This document shows, one piece after another, positions 25,893 to 39,076 of a stretch of 64,000 nt of DNA. Made by a program: the position numbers and the translations under genes. The notes below the pieces were generated by a model that was given only the letters and a program-made list of their open reading frames with translations, was not told the origin of the DNA and ran no database searches. The stretch spans positions 18,352,001 through 18,416,000 of the forward strand of contig OZ024762.1 of assembly GCA_964016885.1 (NCBI GenBank), in the 5' to 3' direction. The stretch comes from Eledone cirrhosa. Taxonomy: Eukaryota. Each line of letters begins with the position of its first letter. Within the stretch, counting starts at the first letter, position 1.

Positions 25893-26267
25893 GGTTCATA
25901 TGGACACACACACACACACACATACAGAGACAAGTATACACACACACACACACGAACTAAGTCACACACACAGGCAAATATATATATATATATATACAGG
26001 CACAGAGTCATACACACAGGAAAATATATATATATATATATATACATAGACACAGGCAAATATATATACATACACACACTCACACACACACAGAGTCACA
26101 AACACACATAGAGGTATTTATATATACATATATATATATATATTCACGCACATGAAGACACACACACACGAACGAACACACATACACAGACAAACATATA
26201 TATATATACACACACAAACAGGCACACACATATATATAAATATATATATACACACACACAGAGGCAC

Positions 26268-26306
<39 letters not shown>

Positions 26307-27702
26307 GAGGCACATATATATATATATATATATATATAAATATATACACACACACATGAATAACCAGACAGACACACACACAGATGCACATATATATACA
26401 TACACACACAGAGGCACATATATATACACACACACAGAGGCACATATATATACACACACACACACACTGAGGCACATATATATATATATTTATACACTCA
26501 GAGGCACATATATATACACACAAGACATACACATATACATAGAGGCACATATACATACACACATATATATATACACACACTCAGAGGCACATATATATAC
26601 ACACAAGACACACACATATATATATATACACACACACTCAGAGGCACATATATATACACAAGACACACACATATACAGAGAGGCACATATACATACACAC
26701 ACACACATATTTATACACACACACTCAGAGGCACATATATATACACACAAGACACACACACAGACACATATATATATATACACACACACACTCAGAGGCA
26801 CATATATATACACACAAGACTCACACATATACAGAGAGGCACATATACACACACACACACACAGACACACATATATATATACATATACACACACACTCAG
26901 AGGCACATATATATACACACAAGACTCACACATATACAGAGAGGCACATATATATACACACAAGACACACACATATACATACACATATATATATACACAC
27001 ACACACTCAGAGGCACATATATATACACACAAGACTCACACATATACAGAGAGGCACATATATACACACACACACACATATATATATACACACACACACT
27101 CAGAGGCACATATATATACACACAAGACTCACACATATACAGAGAGGCACATATATATACACACACACACACATATACACACACAGAGGCACATATACAT
27201 ATACAAACACACACACACACACACAGACATATATATATACACACACACACACATACTCAGAGGCACATATATATATACACACACAGAGGCACATATACAA
27301 ACACACACACACACACACACACACATGGGTTCATATGGACACACACACACACACACATACAGAGACAAGTATACACACACACACACACGAACTAAGTCAC
27401 ACACACAGGCAAATATATATATATATATATACAGGCACAGAGTCATACACACAGGAAAATATATATATATATATATATACATAGACACAGGCAAATATAT
27501 ATACATACACACACTCACACACACACAGAGTCACAAACACACATAGAGGTATTTATATATACATATATATATATATATTCACGCACATGAAGACACACAC
27601 ACACAAACGAACACACATACACAGACAAACATATATATATATACACACACAAACAGGCACACACATATATATAAATATATATATACACACACACAGAGGC
27701 AC

Positions 27703-27737
<35 letters not shown>

Positions 27738-28804
27738 GAGGCACATATATATATATATATATATATATAAATATATACACACACACATGAATAACCAGAC
27801 AGAGACACACACAGATGCACATATATATACATACACACACAGAGGCACATATATATACACACACACAGATGCACATATATATACATACACACACAGAGGC
27901 ACATATATATACACACACACAGAGGCACATATATATACACACACACACACACTGAGGCACATATATATATATATACACAAGACACACACATATACAGAGG
28001 CACATATACATACACATATATATATATATTTATACACTCAGAGGCACATATATATACACACAAGACATACACATATACATAGAGGCACATATACATACAC
28101 ACATATATATATACACACACTCAGAGGCACATATATATACACACAAGACACACACATATACATACACATATATATATATACACACACACTCAGAGGCACA
28201 TATATATACACAAGACACACACATATACAGAGAGGCACATATACATACACACACACACATATATATATACACACACACTCAGAGGCACATATATATACAC
28301 ACAAGACACACACACACACACAGACACATATATATATACACACACACACTCAGAGGCACATATATATACACACAAGACTCACACATATACAGAGAGGCAC
28401 ATATACACACACACAGACACACATATATATATACATATATACACACACTCAGAGGCACATATATATACACACAAGACTCACACATATACAGAGAGGCACA
28501 TATATATACACACAAGACACACACATATACATACACATATATATATACACACACACACTCAGAGGCACATATATATACACACAAGACTCACACATATACA
28601 GAGAGGCACATATATACACACACACACAGACACACATATATATATACACACACACACTCAGACACACATATATATATACACACACACACTCAGAGGCACA
28701 TATATATATACACACAAGACTCACACATATACAGAGAGGCACATATATATACACACACACAGACACACACATATATATACACACACAGAGGCACATATAC
28801 ATAT

Positions 28805-28835
<31 letters not shown>

Positions 28836-28960
28836 TATATATATACACACATACACACACTCAGAGGCACATATATATATACACACACAGAGGCACATAT
28901 ACAAACACACACACACACACACAGACAGACAGACAGAGAGACAGAGAGAGACAGACAAAT
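25845..28960. repeat. Compound CA/TA microsatellite with AGAGGCAC motif, duplicated with a period of about 1435 bp
   Basis: Landmark motifs recur 1435 bp apart, for example at 26152 and 27587. Confidence 0.85.
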
Positions 28961-29034
28961 ACAGAAGAGCGACCATTATCAATAGCAACATACCCTAACA
29001 GAGCCGAACATCCGAGTTAGTCTGTCCTGCCGCC

Positions 29035-29065
<31 letters not shown>

Positions 29066-29344
29066 CCACCACCACATAAGAGGGGAGGGCTACCGGCCAC
29101 CCTACACTGGTTTAGAATTAGGGAGGGGGGTGGGGATCAGGGGGGGAAAATGCCTGATGGTGCAGCACCTGTCTGCAGTGTAGTGCAGTGTGCAGTGCAA
29201 CGCAGCGTAGTGATTGTGAAGGATCGTGTGCGCTTGTGTTGACGGTGCTGCACAACAGCAGAGGTAAGTACGTAGCCAGCACACCGGTGCAGACTGCACG
29301 CTTCGCGGCTACAGACATCACAACTGATTCACACTGCCTTCATG

Positions 29345-30440
29345 ATGGCATCACTGCTACAAGCACCACCACCACCACCACCACTGCTACAAGCATCACC
29401 ACCACCACCACCACCACCAGCATCACTGCTACCACCACCACCACCACCACCACCACCAGCATCACTGCTACCACCACCACCAGCATCACTGCTACCACCA
29501 CCACCACCACCACCACCAGCATCACTGCTACCACCACCACCACCACCATCACTGCTACAAGCATCACCACCACCACCACCACCAGCATCACTGCTACAAG
29601 CATCACCACCACCACCAGCATCACTGTTACAACCACCACCACCACCATCACTGCTACAAGCATCACCACCACCATCACTGCTACAAGCACCACCACCACC
29701 ACCACCAGCATCACTGCTACAACCACCACCACCACCACCACCACCACCATCACTGCTACAAGCATCACCACCACCACCACCACCACTGCTACAAGCATCA
29801 CCACCTCCACCACCACCACCACCACCACCACCATCACTGCTACAAGCATCACCACCACCACCACCACCACCATCACTGTTACAACCATCACCACCCCACA
29901 ACCACCACCACCACCACCAGCATCACTATTACAACCACCACCATCACCAAAGCATCACTGTTACAACCACCACCACCAGCATCACTATTACAACCACCAC
30001 CACCACCATCACCAAAGCATCACTATTACAACCACCACCACCACCATCACCAAAGCATCACTATTACAACCACCACCACCACCATCACCAAAGCATCACT
30101 ATTACAACCACCACCACCAACATCACTATTACAACCACCACCACCAACATCACTATTACAACCACCACCACCAACATCACTGTTACAACCACCACCACCA
30201 GCATCACTATTACAACCACCACCACCAGCATCACTATTACAACCACCACCACCAACATCACTATTACAACCACCACCACCAACATCACTATTACAACCAC
30301 CACCACCATCATCTCCACCACTACCACCACTCAGGATTACTATCATCATAACAACCACCACCACCACTAGTCATCACTGTCACCACCACTACCACCACCA
30401 CGACCATTCAGTCCTCACTGTCACCACCACCACCATTCAG
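29345..30440. repeat. (CAC)n-based minisatellite
   Basis: CATCACTGCTAC(CAC)n units. Confidence 0.9.
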
Positions 30441-30990
30441 GATCACTGCCAGTCATTATCATCATCATCATCATTAACATCTGACACCCATCCACTCAAT
30501 CTCTCTCTCTCACCTTCCTCATACCACTACCCTCTCCATATATTCACTCCCACATCATTTACCACCCCCTCACTACTACCATTACTTTCACAATCTCCTC
30601 TCTTTCTTCCCTCTCATTCACCAACTCCAGTCACCCCCCTTTACATTGTCATTCCTCTCCTTCCTCACACCACTACTCCACACGAAGTCACTCCCACCAC
30701 TACCATCATTTCACATTCACTCTCTTTTTTTGCAATCCACATCCACTGTTTCTTTCACTACTACTACTACTACTGCTGCTGCTTTTACTACTGCTGCTGC
30801 TGCTACTACTACTGCTGCTGCTGTTACTACTGCTGCTGCTGCTGCTACTACTGCTATCTACCTATCTATACATAATAAAAGTTATGAATCAGCATGCATG
30901 TGTGTGTGTATGTCTGTGTGTATATGTATGTGCATGTGATAATGTAAGAAAATGTGTGTATAAATGTGTGCATGTGTAGAAAAAAATATA

Positions 30991-31021
<31 letters not shown>

Positions 31022-31062
31022 TACACATATATATATATATACACACAACTATTTACATATAT

Positions 31063-31111
<49 letters not shown>

Positions 31112-33284
31112 AGTTTTTTTTCCCTTGGCTGTTTAGTCAGGGAGGGAAGGGCCAGTGCACCTGGCCCTTTTCAGGGCTTCAAAGACTGGTTGGGGGAGAC
31201 AGAGAGAAGGAGGGAGTGAGGTCTCCTCAAACAAGAGACCTTGTCCCAAGACTTATTATAACAGAGTAGATTCTCCACTAGAGACACCCAAAGAATCAGA
31301 TGGGGCTGTGTTAAACCAGGTGATCGATTAAGTCGACCCCCAGTTTTTTGTAAAGGAATTTGTTTAGAGCGTTAACATTTCACATTCAGTAGTATCATCA
31401 TCATCATCATAATTTAATATACAGTGTCCCTGCTAGTAAGGGCTGGATGGGTCTAGAAAGACCAAGTCAAAACTGAAGTGTGACCAGTGACATCCCAGAC
31501 AGGCTAAGGTGGTCTGTACCCCACTTACCTATGGTTATTATTAAGTGCAAAAAGGGCGGTGGATTGGCAGTAGCGGTAGAGGGTCGGACGCCGTGCTTTG
31601 CAGCATAGAGTTACGGCCCTTTATGGTCTGAGTTCAAATCCCTCCGAGGTTAACTTTGCCTTTCATCCTTACGGGGTCGATAAAATAAAGTACCAGTAAT
31701 ACACTGGAATAATTGCTGGCCTTGTGCCAAAAGTAGAAACAATTATTATTAGCTCAAAGGAGATGGTGTCGTGTCTTTTGACACAAACTAAAGGGTCCTC
31801 CCAACCCTTTGTTTGGCAAGCTTTCTACGGTTGGATATTTATTAAAAGGAAAAACAAAAGGAGGGGAAAGATAAAGAAAAAAGGGGGGGGGGGTCTAGGG
31901 GTGGACCTCTATAACTTTGGCTGCATCCCTGTAGACAAGATAGCCAAAACACTGCAGCATAGAACAGCCAGAGATACCCACTGCATCGGCCGTTCAATCA
32001 GCTCATTCCTCAGGCGAGACGCTGCCCTCCTCACAACTTTGTGGAGGAAAACATGAGCCCAGGGACGAAAGACCTAGAACACCGGAGGTTGCAATAGCAA
32101 CCGGCAGTCTTAAAAAAAAAGAATGGAAGCAGTCACTGTAAGGCCGGTAGTTAGTAAAAAAAATGGGAGATAACTTAGTTTATGTGTGTGGGAGTTGGGG
32201 GTGGCGATGAAAAATGTGCGCCGTGATGTTCTCTCTCTTTCACCCACTCCCTCCGTCTCTTTCTTTCTCACCCCATCTCTCACTATTGTATGCAAATGGA
32301 AACCCACGCGCTGGTCACCCCGCAGTCTTGGTGGGCTTCCACTTCTCTGTATTACGGGCAGCAATGCCGGTGCTGCAGACTTATGGCCGAAGTAATGAGG
32401 TTGTGTGGGAATTACATATAAGGTTAACAGGAAGAGTTGAATGATTGGATAAACGATAGAAAGAAAAACTAAAAGGAGAAAGAAAGAATGAATGAATGGA
32501 CAGTGGAGTAAAGAAAGGAATGACTATGTAGGAAATAGGTGATGAATGAATGAATGAGTGAGTGAATGGATGGGTGAGTGAATGGATGAGATGTATTGAT
32601 TGAAAACAAAGATGAGTAAGTAGACTGGTAAATAGCTGGGTTGAGGGGAAGAGGGGGATGTAGAGAGAGGGAGGGAAAGTGGTGGAGATGTAGAGAGAGT
32701 GAGAGAGGGGAGGATGTGTAGTGAGAGAGAAGGGGGTATGTAGAGAACAAGAGAGGAGATGTAGATAGATAGATAGAGAGAGAGAGAGAGAGTGGTGAAG
32801 TAGATGGATTCACAGAGAGAGAGAGAGCAAGAGAGAGAGGTAAAGATATGAGGGAGGTGGGAGAGGCAAGTAGGCAGCTGAACAGAGATAAAGAGATAGA
32901 AAATAAACAGAAGATAGACAGAAAGAGAGTAAGAGAGATAGTCATACAAAGAGTGATAGAGAGAGAGAGAGTATGGGAGACAGAGTGAGAGAGTGAGAGT
33001 ATGGGAGACAGAGTGAGAGAGTGAGAGTATGAGAGATAGAGAGAGAGAGTATGAGAGAGAGAGAGAGAGAGAGAGAGTGATAGAATGAAAGAGAAAAAGT
33101 ATGGGAGATAGAGTGAGAGATAGAATAAGACAGTGATGGAATGAAAAGAGAGTGAGAGTATGAGAGATAGAATGAGAGAGAGAGAGAGAGAATATAAGAG
33201 ATAGAGTGAGAGAATATAAGAGATAGAGTGAGAGATAGAATAAGACAGTGATGGAATGAAGAGAGAGAGAGAGAGAGAGAGAAT

Positions 33285-33340
<56 letters not shown>

Positions 33341-33639
33341 AAGAGATAGAGTGAGAGACAGTGAGAAAGTGAGTAATAGTGAGAAACAGCCAGAGAAACA
33401 GATGGATTGATAAACAGCAGACAGATACTGAACAGATTATCAGATGTATAGGTGTATATATAGACAGATGTATAGATGGATGGATAGACAGACAGATGCA
33501 TAGATGTATAGGCAGACAGATGTATAGATGGATAGATAGACAGACAGGTATAGAAACAGACAGATGGATAGACAGACAGACAGGCATAGAAACAGACAGA
33601 TGTACAGATAGACAGACAGGCATAGAAACAGACAGATGT

Positions 33640-35350
33640 ATAGATAGACAGACAAGTATAGAGACAGACAGATGTACAGGTGTTTAGATAGACAGATGGC
33701 TGTACAGGTGTATAGACAGACAGATGTAAAGATGTATAAATAGACAGACAGATGTACAGGTGTATAGATAAATAGGCAGATGTACAGGTGTATAGATAGA
33801 TAGGCAGATGTACAGGTATATAGACAGACAGATGTACAGGTGTATAGATAGATAGGCAGATGTACAGGTATATAGACAGGCAGATGTACAGGTGTATAGA
33901 CAGGCAGATGTACAGGTGTATAGATAGATAGACAGATCTACAGGTGTATAGATAGACAGATAGATGTACAGGTGTATAGATAGACAGATAGATGTACAGG
34001 TGTATAGACAGACAGATGTACAGGTGTATAGATAGATAGGCAGATGTACAGGTGTATAGACAGACAGATGTACAGGTGTATAGATAGATAGGCAGATGTA
34101 CAGGTGTATAGACAGGCAGATGTACAGGTGTATAGATAGATAGGCAGATGTACAGGTGTATAGACAGACAGATGTACAGGTGTATAGATAGATAGGCAGA
34201 TGTACAGGTGTATAGACAGGCAGATGTACAGGTGTATAGATAGATAGGCAGATGTACAGGTGTATAGACAGACAGATGTACAGGTGTATAGATAGATAGG
34301 CAGATGTACAGGTGTATAGACAGGCAGATGTACAGGTGTATAGATAGATAGGCAGATGTACAGGTGTATAGATAGATAGGCAGATGTACAGGTCTATAGA
34401 TAGACAGATCTACAGGTGTATAGATAGACAGATAGATGTACAGGTATATAGACAGACAGATGTACAGGTGTATAGATAGACAGATGGATGTACAGGTGTA
34501 TAGACAGACAGATGTACAGGTGTATAGACAGACAGATGTACAGGTGTATAGACAGACAGATCTACAGGTGTATAGATAGACAGATAGATGTACAGGTGTA
34601 TAGATAGACAGATAGATGTACAGGTGTATAGATAGACAGATGGATGTACAGGTGTATAGACAGACAGATGTACAGGTGTATAGACAGACAGATCTACAGG
34701 TGTATAGATAGACAGATAGATGTACAGGTGTATAGATAGACAGATAGATGTACAGGTGTATAGACAGACAGATGTACAGGTGTATAGATAGATAGGCAGA
34801 TGTACAGGTGTATAGACAGACAGATGTACAGGTGTATAGATAGATAGGCAGATGTACAGGTGTATAGACAGGCAGATGTACAGGTGTATAGATAGATAGG
34901 CAGATGTACAGGTGTATAGACAGACAGATGTACAGGTGTATAGATAGATAGGCAGATGTACAGGTGTATAGACAGGCAGATGTACAGGTGTATAGATAGA
35001 TAGGCAGATGTACAGGTGTATAGATAGATAGGCAGATGTACAGGTCTATAGACAGACAGATGTACAGGTGTATAGATAGACAGATGGATGTACAGGTGTA
35101 TAGACAGACAGATGTACAGGTGTATAGATAGACAGACAGATGTACAGGTGTATAGATAGATAGGCAGATGTACAGGTCTATAGATAGACAGGCAGATGTA
35201 CAGGTGTATAGACAGACAGATGTACAGGTGTATAGATAGATAGGCAGATGTACAGGTCTATAGATAGACAGGCAGATGTACAGGTCTATAGATAGACAGA
35301 CAGATGTACAGGTGTATAGACAGACAGATGTACAGGTGTATAGATAGATA
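33640..35350. repeat. Minisatellite of 20-24 bp units (tagacagatgtacaggtgta); continues at 41150-41365 beyond the LINE
   Basis: Tandem array visible in the sequence and interrupted by the LINE. Confidence 0.95.
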
Positions 35351-35614
35351 AGTTTCTTTTATTTGCCACTAGGGCATCAAAAGTGGGACAAGTACAAAGG
35401 GGGGAGTTTACACAAAAAGGCGTCCTCAATAAGGAGGAGGCAATAACAAAATATAAAAATAAAATAAGATATAACAAAAAATAAAATTTTTAACAAAATC
35501 CTCAATAGAGAGGAGGCGCCTTGGGGGGTCGCACACACCCCCGAAAAAAGTGTGCAACCCTTTTCCTCAGGAGCACAGAGAGGGGGTGCTCCCTCGTTCC
35601 TTCCTCTTTTCCAC

Positions 35615-38600
35615 CTACAGGCTTATGTAAAGAGAAGGCCCATTCACACGGGCCATTCTCGCCACTTTCACCCACCTTTCATAAAAACGACTGGGGTGCA
35701 GCACCTCTCTCTCCATCCTGATCCTTCTTCCGAAATGATATCGGAAGAAACGGACCAGTTGTTGGCCAGAGAGAAAGGCGCCCGACCTCAGTCCTTTCAG
35801 ACGCGTCCACCATACAACCTCTTTCGCCATGGCTATTACGCACAGAAACACCGCCTCTGCTTCATCTTTGAAGGGGGGAGGCGGCTTGATCATTACAATA
35901 GACTCGGTGGTCAACCGGATCGGTCCCACCCTTGACAGCAGTTGTTCGACATAGCCCCACAGATCGGCTACGCCCGAGCAGTGTACCAATGCGTGTGCAA
36001 CGGTTTCCTCGTCGCACACGCATCTGGGACAGATCTTTTTGGCGGGGTCCCTACCCGGGCGCCCGTGTCTGTAGAGCCTTTCTCGAACGGGTAAAGCCCC
36101 TCGGTAGCACTGCCAGGCCAGGGACTTCTGGAAGTTGTCCATAGGTCCCGGGCTGAATGTCCTACCGAACAGGCTGGCCAGTTCGTCCTCCTCCATGTCT
36201 AGGGCTTCTCCGAGGGCGTCGTCGCACCTGCTGCGTACCAGCCCTCTATAGAATGTTGCGGTGGAGTCTCCACTGATAACCGGATCCGCCTGCCAGAGGG
36301 CGGTGAGCGCCTGGGCACACTCAGTGTGCCAGGCGCCCAGTTTTCTCGGTCTCTGCTTGACCCAGGATTGCAGTTCGGTGAGTGAGACGAGTCTGGGAAA
36401 GGTTCGTCTCACAAACGGGGCCCACACCGGTTGTCCGGTGAGGAATACGTAGAGGTGCCGTAGCCTTAATGCGTGTTTACGCATCATTAGCCACGGCATC
36501 CCCAGCCCTCCTTTCGAAGGGTGTTGACAGCAGATGGATCTCCTCACCATAGGAGCCCGCCCCTTCCAAAGGAATTGGAAGAGCGCGCGCTCCATCTTGG
36601 TGAGGGTTTCCCTTGGGCAGGGCACTACGGTCAGGCGGTAGTAGATGACGGACGCTATATAAGTGTTCGCCACCTCCGCCCGACCTTTCAGGGATAGTTT
36701 GCAACTGGCCCACTTCTGGGTCAGTGCAAACACCCTGTTCGTAACCTCCGCCCAGTTTTTCTCCACCTGGAGGTCCGGTCCGAACCAGACCCCGAGCAAC
36801 TTCACCGGGCCCTCCGTCCAGCGTCCGACGACGCCATCGGAGGGCATCGGTCTGCCCCTCCACGTGCCGAGTTGCAAACCGATCGACTTGTCCCGGTTCA
36901 GCTTAGCCCCTGTGAACTTTTCGTACTCCTCCAGTAAGGTGCCGACCGCCTCGATTTCGGAGGCCGTCGACACCATTACTGTCACATCATCGGCGTAGGC
37001 TGACACCGCTTTCCGCAATCCCGGTTCCAAAGGGATGCCCTGCAACAACTCCAACTTCCGCAGTAGTGGCTCGAGAGTCAACACATACAGAAGGGAGGAG
37101 AGAGGGCACCCTTGTCGGATGGACCGCGCGATTTTGAACGGCTCCGAGAGGTAGCCGTTCACCTTGACCCTAGAGCAGATGCGGCTGCTGTGCATAGCAG
37201 TGATCCAGCCCCTGAAAACGGGTCCGAAGCCTGCCGCCGCTAGCACCGCATCCAGGTAACCATGGTCGACCCTATCGAACGCCTTAGATTGATCCAAGTT
37301 GATCAGAGCCCCACCAAAGCCGGGTTCGTTCCCAACCCTCTCTATGATGTATCGCATGAGGTGGAGGTTGTCATGGATGGACCTGGACGGGATAGCGCAT
37401 GTCTGCGCATCTCCCACCAGGTTGCCCACGACAAGCGCCAACCTCTTTGCTAGCACCTTGGCCAAAATCTGTAACTCTGTATTTAGCAGAGTTATGGGCC
37501 TGAAGTTACTTATTTCGTCCCCCTTGTTCTCGTCCTTCCTCACTAGCGTGACTACGCCCTTGGTCACAGTACAGGGAATTCTCCCGTTCTGTTGCCAGTT
37601 GCAGTAGACCGCCTCGAGGAGATCGGGGAACAAGTCCGGCATAGCTAGATATAATTCGTAAGGAAGACCATCGAGACCCGGGGATTTGCGTTTGCCGCAT
37701 TGGCCCAGCACGTCCTCTATCTCAGCGGCCGAAATCGGCTCCTCGCAAGACTTCGCCTCCCTGTCCGAGAGGCGCGGCAGGCCGTCGAGGTATGGACCGA
37801 AGTCCACGTTTCCAACCGGCTCCCCGCCCCTCCCGAACAGTCGGGCAAAGTGCCTTTGAAAGGCCTCACACATCTGCTTAGGCTCAAGAATCGCCCGTCC
37901 ATCCAGGTCTCGCAAAGACCGGATGGTGGATTTAGTTCCACTGTTGGCCTCTGTCACGCGGGCCCAGCTAACAGCTTTGGCCCCCTCGTTCCCTAGAGCA
38001 CGTATTTTACTTCGGACAACGCAGCCTTCGTGCTTCGCGTCGAAAAACTGGCTCAAAGCCGTTCTCGACGCTAGCACTCTGGCCACGTCGCCGCTTCTAA
38101 TTGCCTCTTCTACTCTATCTATTAGCTCCCTTTCCTTCCTATTCCTATCCGCAGCTAGAACCTTACTAAATTCAATCGAGACTACTCTAATCTCTCTCTT
38201 TAGAGATACCCACCACCTGCTGTTGACGATCGCTCCAGTCAACCGTTCCTTAACTAACGTACTAATCCGATTCCTGTAGGCTCTACTTGCCGGCAAGGAC
38301 AAGTTGAGCTTCCAGTAACCGGGGCCCTGTCTATGCGTTCTATCAAGGTTGACCATGCAGGTCACCAACTTGTGGTCTGAATAGCCAACCATGAGCATTT
38401 CTGGACAACTTAAAAAGTCCCTGTCCTTATTTCTAACTAAAAATCTATCTAGGTACGATCTAGATGATCCGCTGCGATTTGACCAAGACCAGGTTGGCAC
38501 CGTCGGAAAATCTAGTCGAAATCTATCGGCCAGGTCAAATCGGCCGAGTAACCCCTTGAGGCTGTTGCACCCCTCTCTATCGGGACATGCCCCTGCATAG

Positions 38601-39052
38601 TCCCAACGTGCATCCAGGATACCATTCCAATCCCCCACTAAAAGCAGGGAACGGGACGTCCCTAGAAAAGACTCCAGACGCTGGAAAAAGTCGGGCCGCT
38701 CTGTCCCAAAAGGGGCATATGCGGCTATCAGCCTAAAGGCTCTACCTTCACCACTGCCAAGGTCCAGCACCACCAGTCGACCCCCTGGGTCCAAGTGAAC
38801 TATCTGTGTTGCAAGGCCCATATGTTTTTGCAGCAGAACGACAACCCCACCCCCACCTCCGGGCTGACAGAGAGATGCGTGCATCTCAAAGTCGTCAAAG
38901 GTGGGGGCTAGCTGTCGCATGCTGCTGATCCGGGCCTCGCAGATAACCATCACATTTATAGATTGTGACCTGAGGTCATTTAGAAGCATTGCTTGCTTCC
39001 AAGACGAGCCCAGGCCACGCGCATTTAGACACCCTACTCTTAGCACAGCCAT
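35615..39052 (-). CDS. LINE ORF2: APE endonuclease, reverse transcriptase and C-terminal Cys/His zinc finger
   Basis: APE motifs: LNARGL, GDWN, YLDR, SDH. RT motifs: KSPGLDGL, FRPITLLN, DQSKAFDRVDH, RQGCPLS, YADD. Zinc finger: CPRC...H...C. First ATG at 39052. Confidence 0.96.
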   Translation of the reverse strand: MAVLRVGCLNARGLGSSWKQAMLLNDLRSQSINVMVICEARISSMRQLAPTFDDFEMHASLCQPGGGGGVVVLLQKHMGLATQIVHLDPGGRLVVLDLGSGEGRAFRLIAAYAPFGTERPDFFQRLESFLGTSRSLLLVGDWNGILDARWDYAGACPDREGCNSLKGLLGRFDLADRFRLDFPTVPTWSWSNRSGSSRSYLDRFLVRNKDRDFLSCPEMLMVGYSDHKLVTCMVNLDRTHRQGPGYWKLNLSLPASRAYRNRISTLVKERLTGAIVNSRWWVSLKREIRVVSIEFSKVLAADRNRKERELIDRVEEAIRSGDVARVLASRTALSQFFDAKHEGCVVRSKIRALGNEGAKAVSWARVTEANSGTKSTIRSLRDLDGRAILEPKQMCEAFQRHFARLFGRGGEPVGNVDFGPYLDGLPRLSDREAKSCEEPISAAEIEDVLGQCGKRKSPGLDGLPYELYLAMPDLFPDLLEAVYCNWQQNGRIPCTVTKGVVTLVRKDENKGDEISNFRPITLLNTELQILAKVLAKRLALVVGNLVGDAQTCAIPSRSIHDNLHLMRYIIERVGNEPGFGGALINLDQSKAFDRVDHGYLDAVLAAAGFGPVFRGWITAMHSSRICSRVKVNGYLSEPFKIARSIRQGCPLSSLLYVLTLEPLLRKLELLQGIPLEPGLRKAVSAYADDVTVMVSTASEIEAVGTLLEEYEKFTGAKLNRDKSIGLQLGTWRGRPMPSDGVVGRWTEGPVKLLGVWFGPDLQVEKNWAEVTNRVFALTQKWASCKLSLKGRAEVANTYIASVIYYRLTVVPCPRETLTKMERALFQFLWKGRAPMVRRSICCQHPSKGGLGMPWLMMRKHALRLRHLYVFLTGQPVWAPFVRRTFPRLVSLTELQSWVKQRPRKLGAWHTECAQALTALWQADPVISGDSTATFYRGLVRSRCDDALGEALDMEEDELASLFGRTFSPGPMDNFQKSLAWQCYRGALPVRERLYRHGRPGRDPAKKICPRCVCDEETVAHALVHCSGVADLWGYVEQLLSRVGPIRLTTESIVMIKPPPPFKDEAEAVFLCVIAMAKEVVWWTRLKGLRSGAFLSGQQLVRFFRYHFGRRIRMEREVLHPSRFYERWVKVARMARVNGPSLYISL

Positions 39053-39076
39053 GTTGGTGGTAAAGAGAAAAGGCAC

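Noticed and set aside
29188-30370. Mucin-like or proline-rich ORFs of 342-387 aa
   Set aside because: They come from a (CAC)n minisatellite open in several frames and have no domain content.
31850-32105. GC-richer segment as an exon
   Set aside because: It has no clear splice signals and looks like the 3' remnant of another LINE on the minus strand, which I could not confirm.
32469-33687. 384-aa SL-rich ORF
   Set aside because: It derives from GA/GATA repeats.
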